64,000 nt of DNA from an uncultured Anaerobiospirillum sp. (lineage in GTDB: Bacteria; Pseudomonadota; Gammaproteobacteria; Enterobacterales; Succinivibrionaceae). Position numbers and translations under genes: made by a program. Position 1 is the stretch's first letter; the number at the start of each line of letters is the position of its first letter. The notes below the pieces were generated by a model, which had not been told where the DNA came from, searched no databases, and worked only from the letters and a program-made list of their open reading frames with translations. Of the stretch, positions 30,801 to 39,899 are shown one piece after another. Where the stretch lies: positions 6,610 to 70,609 of the forward strand of contig CALXYZ010000001.1 in assembly GCA_944393075.1 (NCBI GenBank). Reading direction: 5' to 3'.

Positions 30801-31372
30801 AGAGAGTTGATATCCTTTTCCGTCATGCTATTTGGGTAAGCAAGGCGATTGTCAGCAGTAAAGTGCAGATATTGGCTAAAGTCGATGGTCTGATGAATAA
30901 GGCAGTAATAAGCAAGCGAGAGCAGCTTGATATTACGCTCTGCCACTGCAAAGTAGCGATTAAACGCTACCAAGAACGGAGTGTTGGCGATAACATGGTC
31001 TAAGACCCAAGTAGCACCAGACTGATAGAACTGCTGCACCTGCATGGAGTTGGCGCGAGCCACACCAGACTTAGGCTTGAAGACAAACTTGTACTCTTTA
31101 GTGGTAGCATGAGTGCCGCTCTCTACAGCTTCACGATAGACATTGTAGGAACGCAGCTCCGGAATAGTCTCTAAGAACTCATCCTTCCACACAACAAGGC
31201 CAGTCTCACCACCACCTAAAATCTTGCCGACTGACTTACGACCTTGGTTCGTGGCTACACGACCTTGGAACTTCTTGACAGTGTAAGGCCACAAATAGGC
31301 GTATTTGTTGGCAACCTTGACCACCTTTAGTGGTGGCAGCTCTGGCAAGTTAGATTGCGACGAGATAGCCAT
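27824..31372 (-). CDS. Large orphan protein (1182 aa) with long acidic and Ser/Gly/Ala low-complexity tracts; possible degenerate IS1634/IS4-type transposase derivative
   Basis: Uninterrupted 3.5-kb ORF. N-terminal KYAYLWPYTVKKFQGRVATNQGRKSVGKILG, then SGATWVLDHV, EVFYAIDGAY, LLIMSAKSG, and C-terminal RASESTFDLMS...ALRMHPTLKQLMRGKNFVLYLTLGLKLMLQ. From memory these resemble, in order, the conserved blocks of IS1634-family DDE transposases. No terminal inverted repeats seen. Confidence 0.5.
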   Translation of the reverse strand: MAISSQSNLPELPPLKVVKVANKYAYLWPYTVKKFQGRVATNQGRKSVGKILGGGETGLVVWKDEFLETIPELRSYNVYREAVESGTHATTKEYKFVFKPKSGVARANSMQVQQFYQSGATWVLDHVIANTPFLVAFNRYFAVAERNIKLLSLAYYCLIHQTIDFSQYLHFTADNRLAYPNSMTEKDINSLLQDISDVDITRYFDTLQGLCARRQSKGEVFYAIDGAYPSNISMRLLSKECSLSTNNSYLDEAIKKQLALLEQSAISGTRGAGAGMTSHAKASVGSQGFSLSRLSRTALALQLKQFAQSQDDRTLLIMSAKSGIPHAFSTYNSSYTSLEDLCGYVKNHGLPQLPQDPNAKANEIGVFGMITGSDGTTLSDVAAFTNDSARTSTMASVSPYFAKSEEDFQQQFHHLSPDPQELQRQAQIALQSLGSISGLGSISSAMISSQDSSKSGNDSMGGEEESRVSSRRISTEPSAGVSASASVSASVDAEDINTDMRSWSGGANNNGQKAPALKTIRSSDLLKGIKASKSDPIKESEVVLLSSRTDRLFASLRHLYQAGDKFMLSLPLEHLVSQYLLRRCEIELTQLKNYNADHHVFVCSFKLIQHYPEYDVSSAADSAWGQGIGSSSNSSSRRGELFTGSTQTALPRKLAADLFVHVVFDLKPLLALRDEALERKELLAQENERDAFEDDDEFLGFARANRLNMPQDQQFWQSDSVVRPCTNEAMQTLMEAKAQQDPEKILSASDFDAIDAIDVLLEEYVSTSKNQRLEHLKQQQQRSFRSTARAAAAYTTPHSASAFADVISDEKLKRPSISEPEFKPVSGAGAVPSSGTGTKSWMSYSSASDEDIDDSFLDVGNDDDDYDDYEEVEDVFSFLRKSDQQDNDIAVDSSHNSSNDKEALGSTGDLLSEEEDDAGDFFDVPDDDFDDDVFGAGAVDSDEASHQLGDGVGSGGIASYEDDFAPIGGHYDKSLVSFDNEDEAADSAFDFGSEALTTRELARLDRHLQQIFASDLASSSGAFKVFISNRLGEVDEVLKAHEFLRASESTFDLMSLDVFKVEQAQINAFALRMHPTLKQLMRGKNFVLYLTLGLKLMLQAAFNFRDQQYGGITLRERLHIKSVPQFLEMLQQVISERQENGYVYHEIDMELRSLLEYLNIPLPNYEPFSDNNNENEVRLSRT

Positions 31373-31837
31373 ATAAGAGTCCTACAAGTCTAGTGTTGTT
31401 GTGATATCACAAGTACTACACCTAGCACTAGGCGCAATGTGCACCACATAACATGAGCCAGTAATAGCTCATTAGAGTCTTTACTTGTCCAGCTAGTTTA
31501 CACTTAACCGTTTTGCATACTGTAGTAAGCGGCTTTTACTAGGTGATTACTATGCTATGGTCTTTAAACTGATCGTTCTCTTGGTCAGCTAGAGTACTAC
31601 TGGTACCGCTGCGGATCATCACTAGTAACTTGCAGGAGGAGTTCCAGCTACTATTGCTTCTTAGGATTTTAACCAAGACCTGCTCTAGGCCGCTTATGTC
31701 AGTTTGTTTTGTGCAATCAAGCTTGATAGTCAATGGAGCAAGAGCACACAAGAGCACTATCTGTCCACAGCCACATCAACAGCCCCAAGTTAAAATGACA
31801 AGCATTCAGCAGCTGTAAGACAAAACAATGTTATCAG

Positions 31838-33892
31838 CTACTCGTACACTATCTCCACCGGAGGAATATGGTGCGGGTTGTTGATAAAGCTTGTTCTTTG
31901 CTTTCCCAGATCAACTCCCATAATATCGAGGATGTAGTTATTGACAGGGATAGAGCCAGCCCATGAAAAATGATCTGCATCTGAGAATATTGGCAGATTA
32001 TCGGTTGTCAAAACCAAACAAGAATCTTCATCACAGTAGACCACACTAGGATCGATATAGGTAATGGATCCCTTGCCACTCTCATCGATAATAGCATTGT
32101 TAGCCTGTAACTGTTTGACTGTGTCTTCTAGCACTTTGTTTAAAGGCACTTTCTCACTTGGTTCACGCTGCTCTTGGCATGAGAAAACATAACTTAAGGC
32201 ATTGCCAACAGGGTTATTCAAACGCCTCATAAAAAAGCAGTTTTTTCCCGAGTTCAATTGCACATAGCGCTGACGTCCTATGATATAGAGATCATGACCT
32301 TTTAAATCAGAGGCTAACTCGGCAAGATCTCTATTGATTAAATCCCCATACTGCTCATCTGATAGGTCAGTTAGGCGCTGATTATCAGATCGACGCTGAA
32401 CATCTTCAGAGTATCGCGTCCAGTTTTGAGCGATCAAGATTGGAGCATCTGGCGATTCTTTAGCAGCTTGAATCAAGTTGTCATAACGGATTTGACAAGG
32501 GCCTTTGGTTCTTTGGCAGCCCTCAAGATGAGCAAAATGGCTCTTATAAGAGTAACAACCATCACGGCATACCGATACGATGTGCAAGCCTCGCTCAATC
32601 ATATCTGAAGAGTATTGTCTGGCATAGCTATCACCTGAAATGATGATATCTACAGGACGCTCCAAATCGCCTAAATGCTGGGCTTGGCCGTTATGATTTG
32701 CAAAGTTGCCTCCATATTTAGCAAAATCTTCGATCTCAGGATGAATTGCACGCCAAGGCAATCCATCTTTGGCTATACCAAGCGAGGCGAAGATAATCAC
32801 AGTATACAGACCCAAAAACTTATAACCATAGTTACGGCGGCACTCAATAGAGTAGTGCATGAGCGCGCCCAAAGCAAAGATCATAAGTAACAAGCCCAAT
32901 AGAGCAACATTAGTCAGGATCTCAAACTTGTTGATAAAGACAATCAAAGGCCAGTGTACTAGGTAGATGGCAAAAGACCAAAGTCCTAGCTTCTGGAACA
33001 AATCCCAGCGCAAATGTGACTTTTGGTTGTCAGCAGCAATACACAAATAAGTGCCAAAAAGTGGGGGCACCGCGGAGATATTAGGCCATCCTGAGGCATC
33101 GCTTACCAGAAAAATCGATACGATAATAATGACAAGTCCTACAGCTTCTAATGCTGCTGGGCTGATCTTCTGCGCTAGTTTGGCAACCCCATTAGCTTCA
33201 CCACCTACACCTTTACTCAATCCTTGAAAGAAAGAGAGAGGATAAAAGTAAGCCAGGGCGCCAAATAGCAGCTCAAAGGCACGTGATGGGAGCAAATAGT
33301 AAGAGTTGTTTGGGTTGATAGTGGTGTAAACACAAGCAAAGACAAGCAATACCACAGTCAAGCTAAGCAGCAACAAACCAATAGCCTTGTTTGCAAGGAA
33401 GCGCTTTGCCAGCATCAAGACAAAAGGATATGCAATATAAAACTGCCACTCAACAGAGAGAGACCAAGTATGTAAAAACATACGCTCGGTTGCGGCTTCA
33501 TCAAAATAGCCTGTACGGCTTGCAAAGTAATGATTTGATACAAATAGAAGAGCTTTTGATGCTTCACGCCCAGCCGTTTCAAGATCTTTCGCTCCTATAG
33601 TTAAGCACCCAAGCAACAAAAAGAAGATGACTGTGGTAACGAGCGCAGGACAAATACGCTTAGCTCGACGCTTGTAGAAGTTAAGGACACTAAAGTTACC
33701 GGCATCAAGCCCTCTCATGATGATCATGGTCATAAGGAAGCCAGAGATCACAAAGAAGATATCAACGCCTAAAAATCCTCCTTTGATGGCATCGACATTA
33801 GGAAGCATCACGTGATCAATGTGAAAGAGCGTTACAGACAGCACGGCAATTGCGCGCAGGCCAGTAATGTCTTGGCGTAAGGCCTTAGCCAT
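31838..33892 (-). CDS. Acyltransferase-3 family membrane protein with C-terminal SGNH domain (OafA/YrhL-type O-acetyltransferase)
   Basis: 684 aa; N-terminal ITGLRAIAVLSVTLFHI..., multiple TM helices, then IIISGDSYARQY (SGNH block I GDS). A+T-rich relative to its neighbours. Confidence 0.85.
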   Translation of the reverse strand: MAKALRQDITGLRAIAVLSVTLFHIDHVMLPNVDAIKGGFLGVDIFFVISGFLMTMIIMRGLDAGNFSVLNFYKRRAKRICPALVTTVIFFLLLGCLTIGAKDLETAGREASKALLFVSNHYFASRTGYFDEAATERMFLHTWSLSVEWQFYIAYPFVLMLAKRFLANKAIGLLLLSLTVVLLVFACVYTTINPNNSYYLLPSRAFELLFGALAYFYPLSFFQGLSKGVGGEANGVAKLAQKISPAALEAVGLVIIIVSIFLVSDASGWPNISAVPPLFGTYLCIAADNQKSHLRWDLFQKLGLWSFAIYLVHWPLIVFINKFEILTNVALLGLLLMIFALGALMHYSIECRRNYGYKFLGLYTVIIFASLGIAKDGLPWRAIHPEIEDFAKYGGNFANHNGQAQHLGDLERPVDIIISGDSYARQYSSDMIERGLHIVSVCRDGCYSYKSHFAHLEGCQRTKGPCQIRYDNLIQAAKESPDAPILIAQNWTRYSEDVQRRSDNQRLTDLSDEQYGDLINRDLAELASDLKGHDLYIIGRQRYVQLNSGKNCFFMRRLNNPVGNALSYVFSCQEQREPSEKVPLNKVLEDTVKQLQANNAIIDESGKGSITYIDPSVVYCDEDSCLVLTTDNLPIFSDADHFSWAGSIPVNNYILDIMGVDLGKQRTSFINNPHHIPPVEIVYE

Positions 33893-34100
33893 GGGGAACT
33901 CCTGAGCATGCTTTACAAAATTAGCTTTAGCTTGATGGAAAAGCAGATCTATCTAGCGATAACGCCGCCTATTATAGCCGTTTTGCTACAACCAAAAAGT
34001 TATACAGAACTTAATGCGATGGAGATATGAGGCCCGACGCCCGCTCTTTTATTCAGGGACGGGCGCCGTTATGGAAGGAGTGAAGAGTACTGAGGAGGGA

Positions 34101-34859
34101 TTAGCGGTCTTGAGGTAGAGTGTAGCCTTCAGGTCGCTTTACCTTTGGATCAAGCTCATGCATAGCCTTGATCATACGCTCACGCAGCTCTTGGGTTTGA
34201 GCGTTGATCTGCGCACGCTCTAAGGTGGCACCATCGAGCGGCTCTAGCAAGGTGATATGCACCTCGCCATTGTTGAGGCGGCCTAAGTCGATTTGATTTG
34301 CATAGGTTGAGGTAACAAAAGGAATGACCTTAACCTTTGCCAACATGGCAGTGTGCAGGGCACCGCTCTTAAATGGGCCTACAGGGCCATAGCCAGAACG
34401 CGTACCCTCTGGGAACATCCAGATCGATAAGCCCTTGGTCTTGATCTTCTCCACGATCTTTAAGAACAAATCACCAGCCTTCGAGCGCTTGTTGCGGTCT
34501 AAGAGGATGTTGCCAGATAAGAAGAAGAGAATGCCAAAGATTGGGGTATAGAGCAGGCTCTTCTTACCCACGCACACAAGACCAGGTTGCGGCAGGTCGG
34601 CCATGGTCACAATGTCCCAGTTGCTTTGGTGCAAGCCCACAAAGATAGCAGGCATGTCCTTACGCACGGACTTAGGATCAAAGTCCATGACGACTTTGAC
34701 GCCAATGACGCGCTGGGCTAAACGCAGCATCTGCGTCAGAGCATAGACATTGCCCTTATGCATTGGACGGCAGAGGCAAACAATCAGGCCCAAAACGAGC
34801 CACAGCAAAGCCATGATCAGCAAAATAAGCACACGCAGTGGATAAATGATGTAGCGCAT
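34101..34859 (-). CDS. plsC: 1-acyl-sn-glycerol-3-phosphate acyltransferase
   Basis: 252 aa; HQSNWD (HX4D) and MFPEGTRS motifs; adjacent to parC as in E. coli. Confidence 0.9.
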   Translation of the reverse strand: MRYIIYPLRVLILLIMALLWLVLGLIVCLCRPMHKGNVYALTQMLRLAQRVIGVKVVMDFDPKSVRKDMPAIFVGLHQSNWDIVTMADLPQPGLVCVGKKSLLYTPIFGILFFLSGNILLDRNKRSKAGDLFLKIVEKIKTKGLSIWMFPEGTRSGYGPVGPFKSGALHTAMLAKVKVIPFVTSTYANQIDLGRLNNGEVHITLLEPLDGATLERAQINAQTQELRERMIKAMHELDPKVKRPEGYTLPQDR

Positions 34860-34944
34860 AAGATTGTTCTCAAGGTTGTGACTGAGCAGCAGCTAGTGGA
34901 ACTAAACGTTGTTACTGGCTTGCTGCTGCTCTGTCTGAGTTTGG

Positions 34945-34988
34945 GGCTTAAAGCTTGGCTTAAGGCTTGGCTTAAGGCTTAGCTTAAG
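34945..34988. repeat. 12-nt tandem repeat GGCTTAAGGCTT x3.7
   Basis: ggcttaaagctt ggcttaaggctt ggcttaaggctt agcttaag; the last units overlap the parC stop codon (34979-34981) and its last codons. Confidence 0.9.
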
Positions 34989-37312
34989 ATCGGCTCGTCA
35001 TCGTCCAAGGCCTCATCTGACTGATCTGCAACAGGTGCGGCTATCGTTGGAAGAGGGGCAGGGATCACCTCAATGTAGTCGATTCGTTGCACCTGGCTTG
35101 GTAAAGACTCACCCATACGGTCACGAATACCAATACGCTCAGCAATATCTTCTGGCTTAAGCTTGAGCTTTTTACGACCGCTGTGAAGCTCCACGCTATC
35201 GTTATCAGCGCAGCATGCGAAATCGGCCAAGCCATCAATACCAGAGTCGAGCTTGCCTGCTGGAATGCGCATCAGCTTCAAGCCCTTACCACGAGGTAAG
35301 ACCTTAATCTCGTTTGCTCTGTAGAGTAGCATTCTGCCCTGCTTGCTGACGAAGATCATGATGGTATTGTCTGGATCGGCAACCTTCTGCGGCATCAGCA
35401 AGGTAGCACCATCATCAATGGTCACCAAGCTTTTACCTGCCTTGTTGCGCGAGATCATGTCTTGGAGCTTGCAGATAAAGCCAAAGCATTTATCGGTAGC
35501 GAGCATGAAGTGATCGTTAGCGTCACCGGCAATCACGGCCGTGATGAACTCATTAGCTTGCAGCGTGATCTTGGTGGAGATTGGCTCACCTTGGCCTCTA
35601 GCAGAAGGCAAGTCCTTGATCATGATGCTGAAACTACGTCCGAGGTTACTTAAGAAGACCGCGTACTGATTGCTCTTGCCAACAGCGTGTGCGAGGTAGC
35701 TATCACCACTCTTGTAGTTGAGGCTCATTGGATCGATGCTATCGCCAGTGGCGGCACGCACCCAGCCCATCTTCGATAAAACCACGGTCATGGTCTGACT
35801 TGGGATGGCAGCGTTGAGATCCATCTCCTTGGCCTCAGCACGCTCTACCACAGCACAGCGACGCTTATCACCATAGCGCTTGTTGTCAGCTTGGAGCTCG
35901 CTCTTGATAAAGCCTTTGAGCTTTTCTGGGTGCTCTAAGAGCTCTTGTAGCTCACTGAATTCGCTTTCTAATTTAGCGATCTCATCCTTGATCTTGACCT
36001 CTTCTAAGCGAGCTAATTGTCTGAGCTTGGTGTCTAAGATGTAATCAGCCTGCACCTCAGTTAAACCAAAGCGCTTCATCAGCTTCTGCTTTGGATCTTT
36101 TTCGGTACGGATGATCTCAATGACCTCATCTAAATCGTCGTAGACCGTCATCAAGCCCTGCAATAAGTGCAGGCGCTTGTTGATCGTCTCAGAGCGATGG
36201 ACAAAGCGCTTTTTCACGGTCTCAGAGCGGAAGGTTAACCACTCAGAGAGAATGGTCTTCAGGCTCTTGACCTGTGGGTTGCCATCTAAGCCCAAGATAT
36301 TGAGGTTGACACGATAGGTGCACTCAAGATCGGTTGTCGCAAAGAGGTGGCTCATCAGCTCATCAACATCAGTACGCTTACGTGGCACGATGATGAGGCG
36401 GCATGGGTGCTCATGGTCGCTAGCATTGATCAGGTCGGTGACCATAGGCAGCTTCTTTTTGACCATGAGATCGGCGATCTCTTTTTCGATCTGGCCGACA
36501 CCGACTTGGAAAGGCAGGGCAGTGATGACAATGCCATCCTTGCTCTCTTCGTAGACAGCGCGCACGCGAATGGTACCTTTACCACTCTCGTAGATCTTCA
36601 GGAGCTCATCTTTTGGCGTAATGATGTCAGCACCACAAGGGTAATCAGGGCCTTGCACATACTTCATCAAATCCTTGACCGTGGCGTTCGGATGATCGAG
36701 CAAGTGGATTGAGGCCTTGATCAGCTCACTTAAGTTGTGAGGAGGGATATCGGTAGCCATACCAACGGCAATACCCATAGTGCCGTTGAGCAGGATATTA
36801 GGGACGCGGGCTGGCAAAGCTTTTGGTTCATCGACAGTGCCATCGAAGTTAGGCATCCAATCGACGCAGCCTAAGTTCAAGTCCTCCAAAAGCAATTCAG
36901 CGTTAGAGGACAGTCGAGCCTCGGTATAACGCATGGCAGCAAATGACTTAGGGTCTTCGACATCACCCCAGTTACCTTGACCATCAATAAGAGGATAGCG
37001 ATAGGTAAATGGCTGGGCCATCAACACCATAGCTTCATAGCAAGCAGTATCGCCGTGAGGGTGGTACTTACCCAAAACCTCACCCACGGTACGGGCTGAC
37101 TTCACGTGCTTAGCCTTGTAGTTGATACCAAGCTTAGCCATGGCGTAGATGATGCGGCGCTGTACCGGCTTCATACCATCACTGACAGATGGGAGAGCAC
37201 GATCACGGATCACACTCATGGAGTAATTGAGGTAGGCATCCTGCACAAAGTTTTGCAGAGGCTGCTGCTCAATACCCTCCAAACTCAGTTCGCTATTCTT
37301 AATCTCGCTCAT
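34979..37312 (-). CDS. parC: DNA topoisomerase IV subunit A
   Basis: 777 aa; [79 protein letters not shown] match ParC rather than GyrA. Confidence 0.93.
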   Translation of the reverse strand: MSEIKNSELSLEGIEQQPLQNFVQDAYLNYSMSVIRDRALPSVSDGMKPVQRRIIYAMAKLGINYKAKHVKSARTVGEVLGKYHPHGDTACYEAMVLMAQPFTYRYPLIDGQGNWGDVEDPKSFAAMRYTEARLSSNAELLLEDLNLGCVDWMPNFDGTVDEPKALPARVPNILLNGTMGIAVGMATDIPPHNLSELIKASIHLLDHPNATVKDLMKYVQGPDYPCGADIITPKDELLKIYESGKGTIRVRAVYEESKDGIVITALPFQVGVGQIEKEIADLMVKKKLPMVTDLINASDHEHPCRLIIVPRKRTDVDELMSHLFATTDLECTYRVNLNILGLDGNPQVKSLKTILSEWLTFRSETVKKRFVHRSETINKRLHLLQGLMTVYDDLDEVIEIIRTEKDPKQKLMKRFGLTEVQADYILDTKLRQLARLEEVKIKDEIAKLESEFSELQELLEHPEKLKGFIKSELQADNKRYGDKRRCAVVERAEAKEMDLNAAIPSQTMTVVLSKMGWVRAATGDSIDPMSLNYKSGDSYLAHAVGKSNQYAVFLSNLGRSFSIMIKDLPSARGQGEPISTKITLQANEFITAVIAGDANDHFMLATDKCFGFICKLQDMISRNKAGKSLVTIDDGATLLMPQKVADPDNTIMIFVSKQGRMLLYRANEIKVLPRGKGLKLMRIPAGKLDSGIDGLADFACCADNDSVELHSGRKKLKLKPEDIAERIGIRDRMGESLPSQVQRIDYIEVIPAPLPTIAAPVADQSDEALDDDEPILS

Positions 37313-37383
37313 TCCTTTCCTTTCTGCGGCATCCCCAGATCCGTATCAGAGCAATGTACCTAACAACAAAGTGGAAAGCCCAA

Positions 37384-37446
37384 GGCGCCTAGGCGCTTAG
37401 CCGCTTAAACGCTTAGGCATAGGCGTTTATACGCTTAGCCGCTTTG
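37384..37446. repeat. Degenerate CGCTTAG-based repeat cluster upstream of parC
   Basis: CGCTTAGCCGCTT occurs at 37394-37406 and 37432-37444, with CGCTTAGG between them. Confidence 0.8.
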
Positions 37447-37837
37447 TCGCTATTGTTGGGTCATGGTCTACAGGAGCTGTGGCTGCTGACGGCCTTTTGA
37501 GGTGAACTTCAAGTGATTCCAGAGCATCGGTAGATCTGTGGATCTAGCACACGATATGCACAGGGATCTGCAAAAATAGGCTAAAATCAGGGACTGACTG
37601 CATGTATGCAGTTGGCCATGTAAGCCTAAAAAGTAAATCATTCTACACCATCACCACCATCTTTGCTTAGATTGCACATATTCAGCGATTACGAATGTAA
37701 GTAGCTTACATCCAAGCCCTTTTGTGTTGAGATAGTGTTGAGCACTTGTTGATGCGGTGGTGATCCCCAGAGGAATAGTCCCCTTGAAGAAAGATCGCTT
37801 TGTAGTATGGGGTCAGGCTGCTACTCCAAGCCTGCAG

Positions 37838-38578
37838 ATGCAGAGCCTATCCATATGCTCCTTTTGCTCTTGTGCCTTAAAGCAGCTCTTGAGCTCTTTG
37901 CGGGACATAGCTTTGCTGCCAGTGTTGCTGGTGTTGCTGCTACTTGGCAATGCTCTCTCTTCTACGACGGCTGTTGCTGTTACCTCTGAGGTGGCCGTGA
38001 AGGCTATTGGCGTTAATACCGCCAACTTACCGCCAGAGCTCTACACCAAAGCGGTGATGGACGGAGTGATTGTGGATGATGACTTTAACTATGCGCGCTT
38101 AGGGCGTATCAGCGGTATCAACATCTTCCCACAGGGCTATCGTGCCGCCAAAAACCTTGTCGATAAGGTTGTGGTCTACAAACAGCGCCATCAGATGATT
38201 CTCTACAAGAACGGCCATGTGGTGCGCTCTTATTGGATCGCTTTGTCCGACCGTCCTGAGGGTCACAAGGTGATGCAAGGCGATCGCCGTACTCCTGAGG
38301 GCCTCTACACCCTAGACTACGTGAAAGAGAACTCCTACTACTACCGAGCTTTCCACATCTCCTACCCTAACCTCAAGGATATCGAAAATGCCCGTCGTTT
38401 AGGCGTGAACCCAGGTGGTCTGATTATGGTGCACGGACAGCCACCATCAAATAGCGAGTATCATGAGACTGTGCAGCGCTCCGACTGGACTAATGGCTGC
38501 ATCGCGATCTTAAACCCAGAGATCGATGAGTTTATCTCGCTTGTTGACCCAGGCACGCCAATCGAGATCTTTCCATAA
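37838..38578 (+). CDS. L,D-transpeptidase-fold periplasmic protein, YafK/DpaA-like
   Basis: ORF opens at GTG 37757. The ATG at 37838 precedes a hydrophobic signal-like segment (LLPVLLVLLLLGNALSS). C-terminal GDRRTPEGLY...ISYPN...GGLIMVHGQP...WTNGCIAILN is the YkuD-fold His/Cys catalytic pattern of YafK-type proteins. Confidence 0.8.
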   Translation: MQSLSICSFCSCALKQLLSSLRDIALLPVLLVLLLLGNALSSTTAVAVTSEVAVKAIGVNTANLPPELYTKAVMDGVIVDDDFNYARLGRISGINIFPQGYRAAKNLVDKVVVYKQRHQMILYKNGHVVRSYWIALSDRPEGHKVMQGDRRTPEGLYTLDYVKENSYYYRAFHISYPNLKDIENARRLGVNPGGLIMVHGQPPSNSEYHETVQRSDWTNGCIAILNPEIDEFISLVDPGTPIEIFP

Positions 38579-38644
38579 CTCACCAAACAATATCACCGCC
38601 TCAAAGGAGCTCAGGTAGCCCCAATAGTAAGGAGAAGCTAAGCT

Positions 38645-39862
38645 ATGGCGCTCAAACATGTCTTTTTCAATTTGCGCGATAACCTACGCTTTAATTGGGC
38701 TAAGCACAAGTTTGGCTTTATCCCTGAAGGCACCGAGGCTGATTTCCGCTTTGCTGAACTTAAGAAAGTGGTGGTGTTAAAGCTAGACGGCAAGCTTGGT
38801 GATACCGAGGTCATGACCCACTTCTACAGCGCCATGCGCAAGGCTCAGCCGCGTTTGTTGCTCTGTGTAGTCTGCCCACAGCACCTCGTACCTATCTACA
38901 AAGACATTTTAGGCTTTGATCTGGTTCTGACCTCATCGCGCAAGCCAAAAGAAGATGAAATCAAAAAGCTCTGCGCCCAGATCCTCAATGCTGACCCACG
39001 CAGTACTAATGTTGATTTGGTGGTAACTACAGAGCCACGTTTCCGTCCACGTGACTTTATCTTCGATTACTACCTCAAGCCACGATACGTCGCTGGCTGC
39101 GATGTCCGCCTCAAGGGCAGCTCCATCAACCTCTTTTTGTTTGACCCAGACCGCGACACACAGCGCGTCAGCGCATGCTTCTGCGATCTCATGGACAAAG
39201 GTGGCCTCAGCTATGAGCCTATCGCATACGTGCCTTTTGTAACGGAAGAGTCCCTTGCTAAAGCTCGTAGCAGCATCCAAAAAGACCTTGGGTTAGAGCT
39301 TGCAGGCAGTGCTACTAGCGCAGAGCAGCAGAAGCCATTGTCATTGCCATTGCCATTGCCATTGCCATTGCTCATTGGCATCAACCCCTGCGGTGCTCCA
39401 AGTGCACGTCGTTTTACTGTGGAGATGGTGTGCAGCATCATGCAGCACCTACATCAGCAACGACCTGAAACGCGTTTTGTGCTGCTCCTGCCTGAGAGTA
39501 TGGCCGATTTTCGTAATGGCCTAGTGAGCGCTTGGGAGAGTGCAGGCGGTAACACCAATGAAGTGTTGCTCCTGCCAGAGAAGAGCTCGATTATGGACTT
39601 TGCGTCCTATATCCATCTCTTAGATGGCCTGATTACGGTTGATACCGCAGCCGTGCACCTAGCCTGCGCGAGCAAGGTGCCACAGCTTGCCTTCTATTTA
39701 GGCGATGAGCATACCGTAGAGGACAAGCGTTGGGCTCCAGTAAGTCCAGTGGCTCAGGTGGTTCAACCCCATGTGGACATGCTCTCTGACGTCAGCTCTG
39801 AGTCTGTTCTGCCCGTCTGCAGCGAATTTGTCTCTAAACTGAGCTCGCGCGGTCAGTTCTAG
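38645..39862 (+). CDS. Glycosyltransferase family 9-like protein with internal (Pro-Leu)n linker
   Basis: 405 aa; VVVLKLDGKLGDTEVMTHFYSAMRKAQPRLLL (N-terminal GT9-like) and ITVDTAAVHLACASKVPQLAFY (C-terminal GT9-like). PLSLPLPLPLPLLIG lies between the two halves. Confidence 0.6.
   Translation: MALKHVFFNLRDNLRFNWAKHKFGFIPEGTEADFRFAELKKVVVLKLDGKLGDTEVMTHFYSAMRKAQPRLLLCVVCPQHLVPIYKDILGFDLVLTSSRKPKEDEIKKLCAQILNADPRSTNVDLVVTTEPRFRPRDFIFDYYLKPRYVAGCDVRLKGSSINLFLFDPDRDTQRVSACFCDLMDKGGLSYEPIAYVPFVTEESLAKARSSIQKDLGLELAGSATSAEQQKPLSLPLPLPLPLLIGINPCGAPSARRFTVEMVCSIMQHLHQQRPETRFVLLLPESMADFRNGLVSAWESAGGNTNEVLLLPEKSSIMDFASYIHLLDGLITVDTAAVHLACASKVPQLAFYLGDEHTVEDKRWAPVSPVAQVVQPHVDMLSDVSSESVLPVCSEFVSKLSSRGQF
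39335..39377 (+). repeat. Hexanucleotide repeat (Y)CATTG x6-7 inside the GT9-like gene
   Basis: ccattg tcattg ccattg ccattg ccattg ccattg ctcattg, in frame, encoding PLSLPLPLPLPL. Confidence 0.95.
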
Positions 39863-39899
39863 CCCAAGGCTAGTCCTAGGATGAGGCCTAGACCTGTTC

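Noticed and set aside
27801-31456. Similar words GTGCAACACCACATGA (27801-) and GTGCACCACATAACATGA (31438-) flanking the 1182-aa ORF, considered as element termini or target duplications.
   Set aside because: They are in direct rather than inverted orientation, imperfect and short. This is not sufficient evidence for mobile-element ends.
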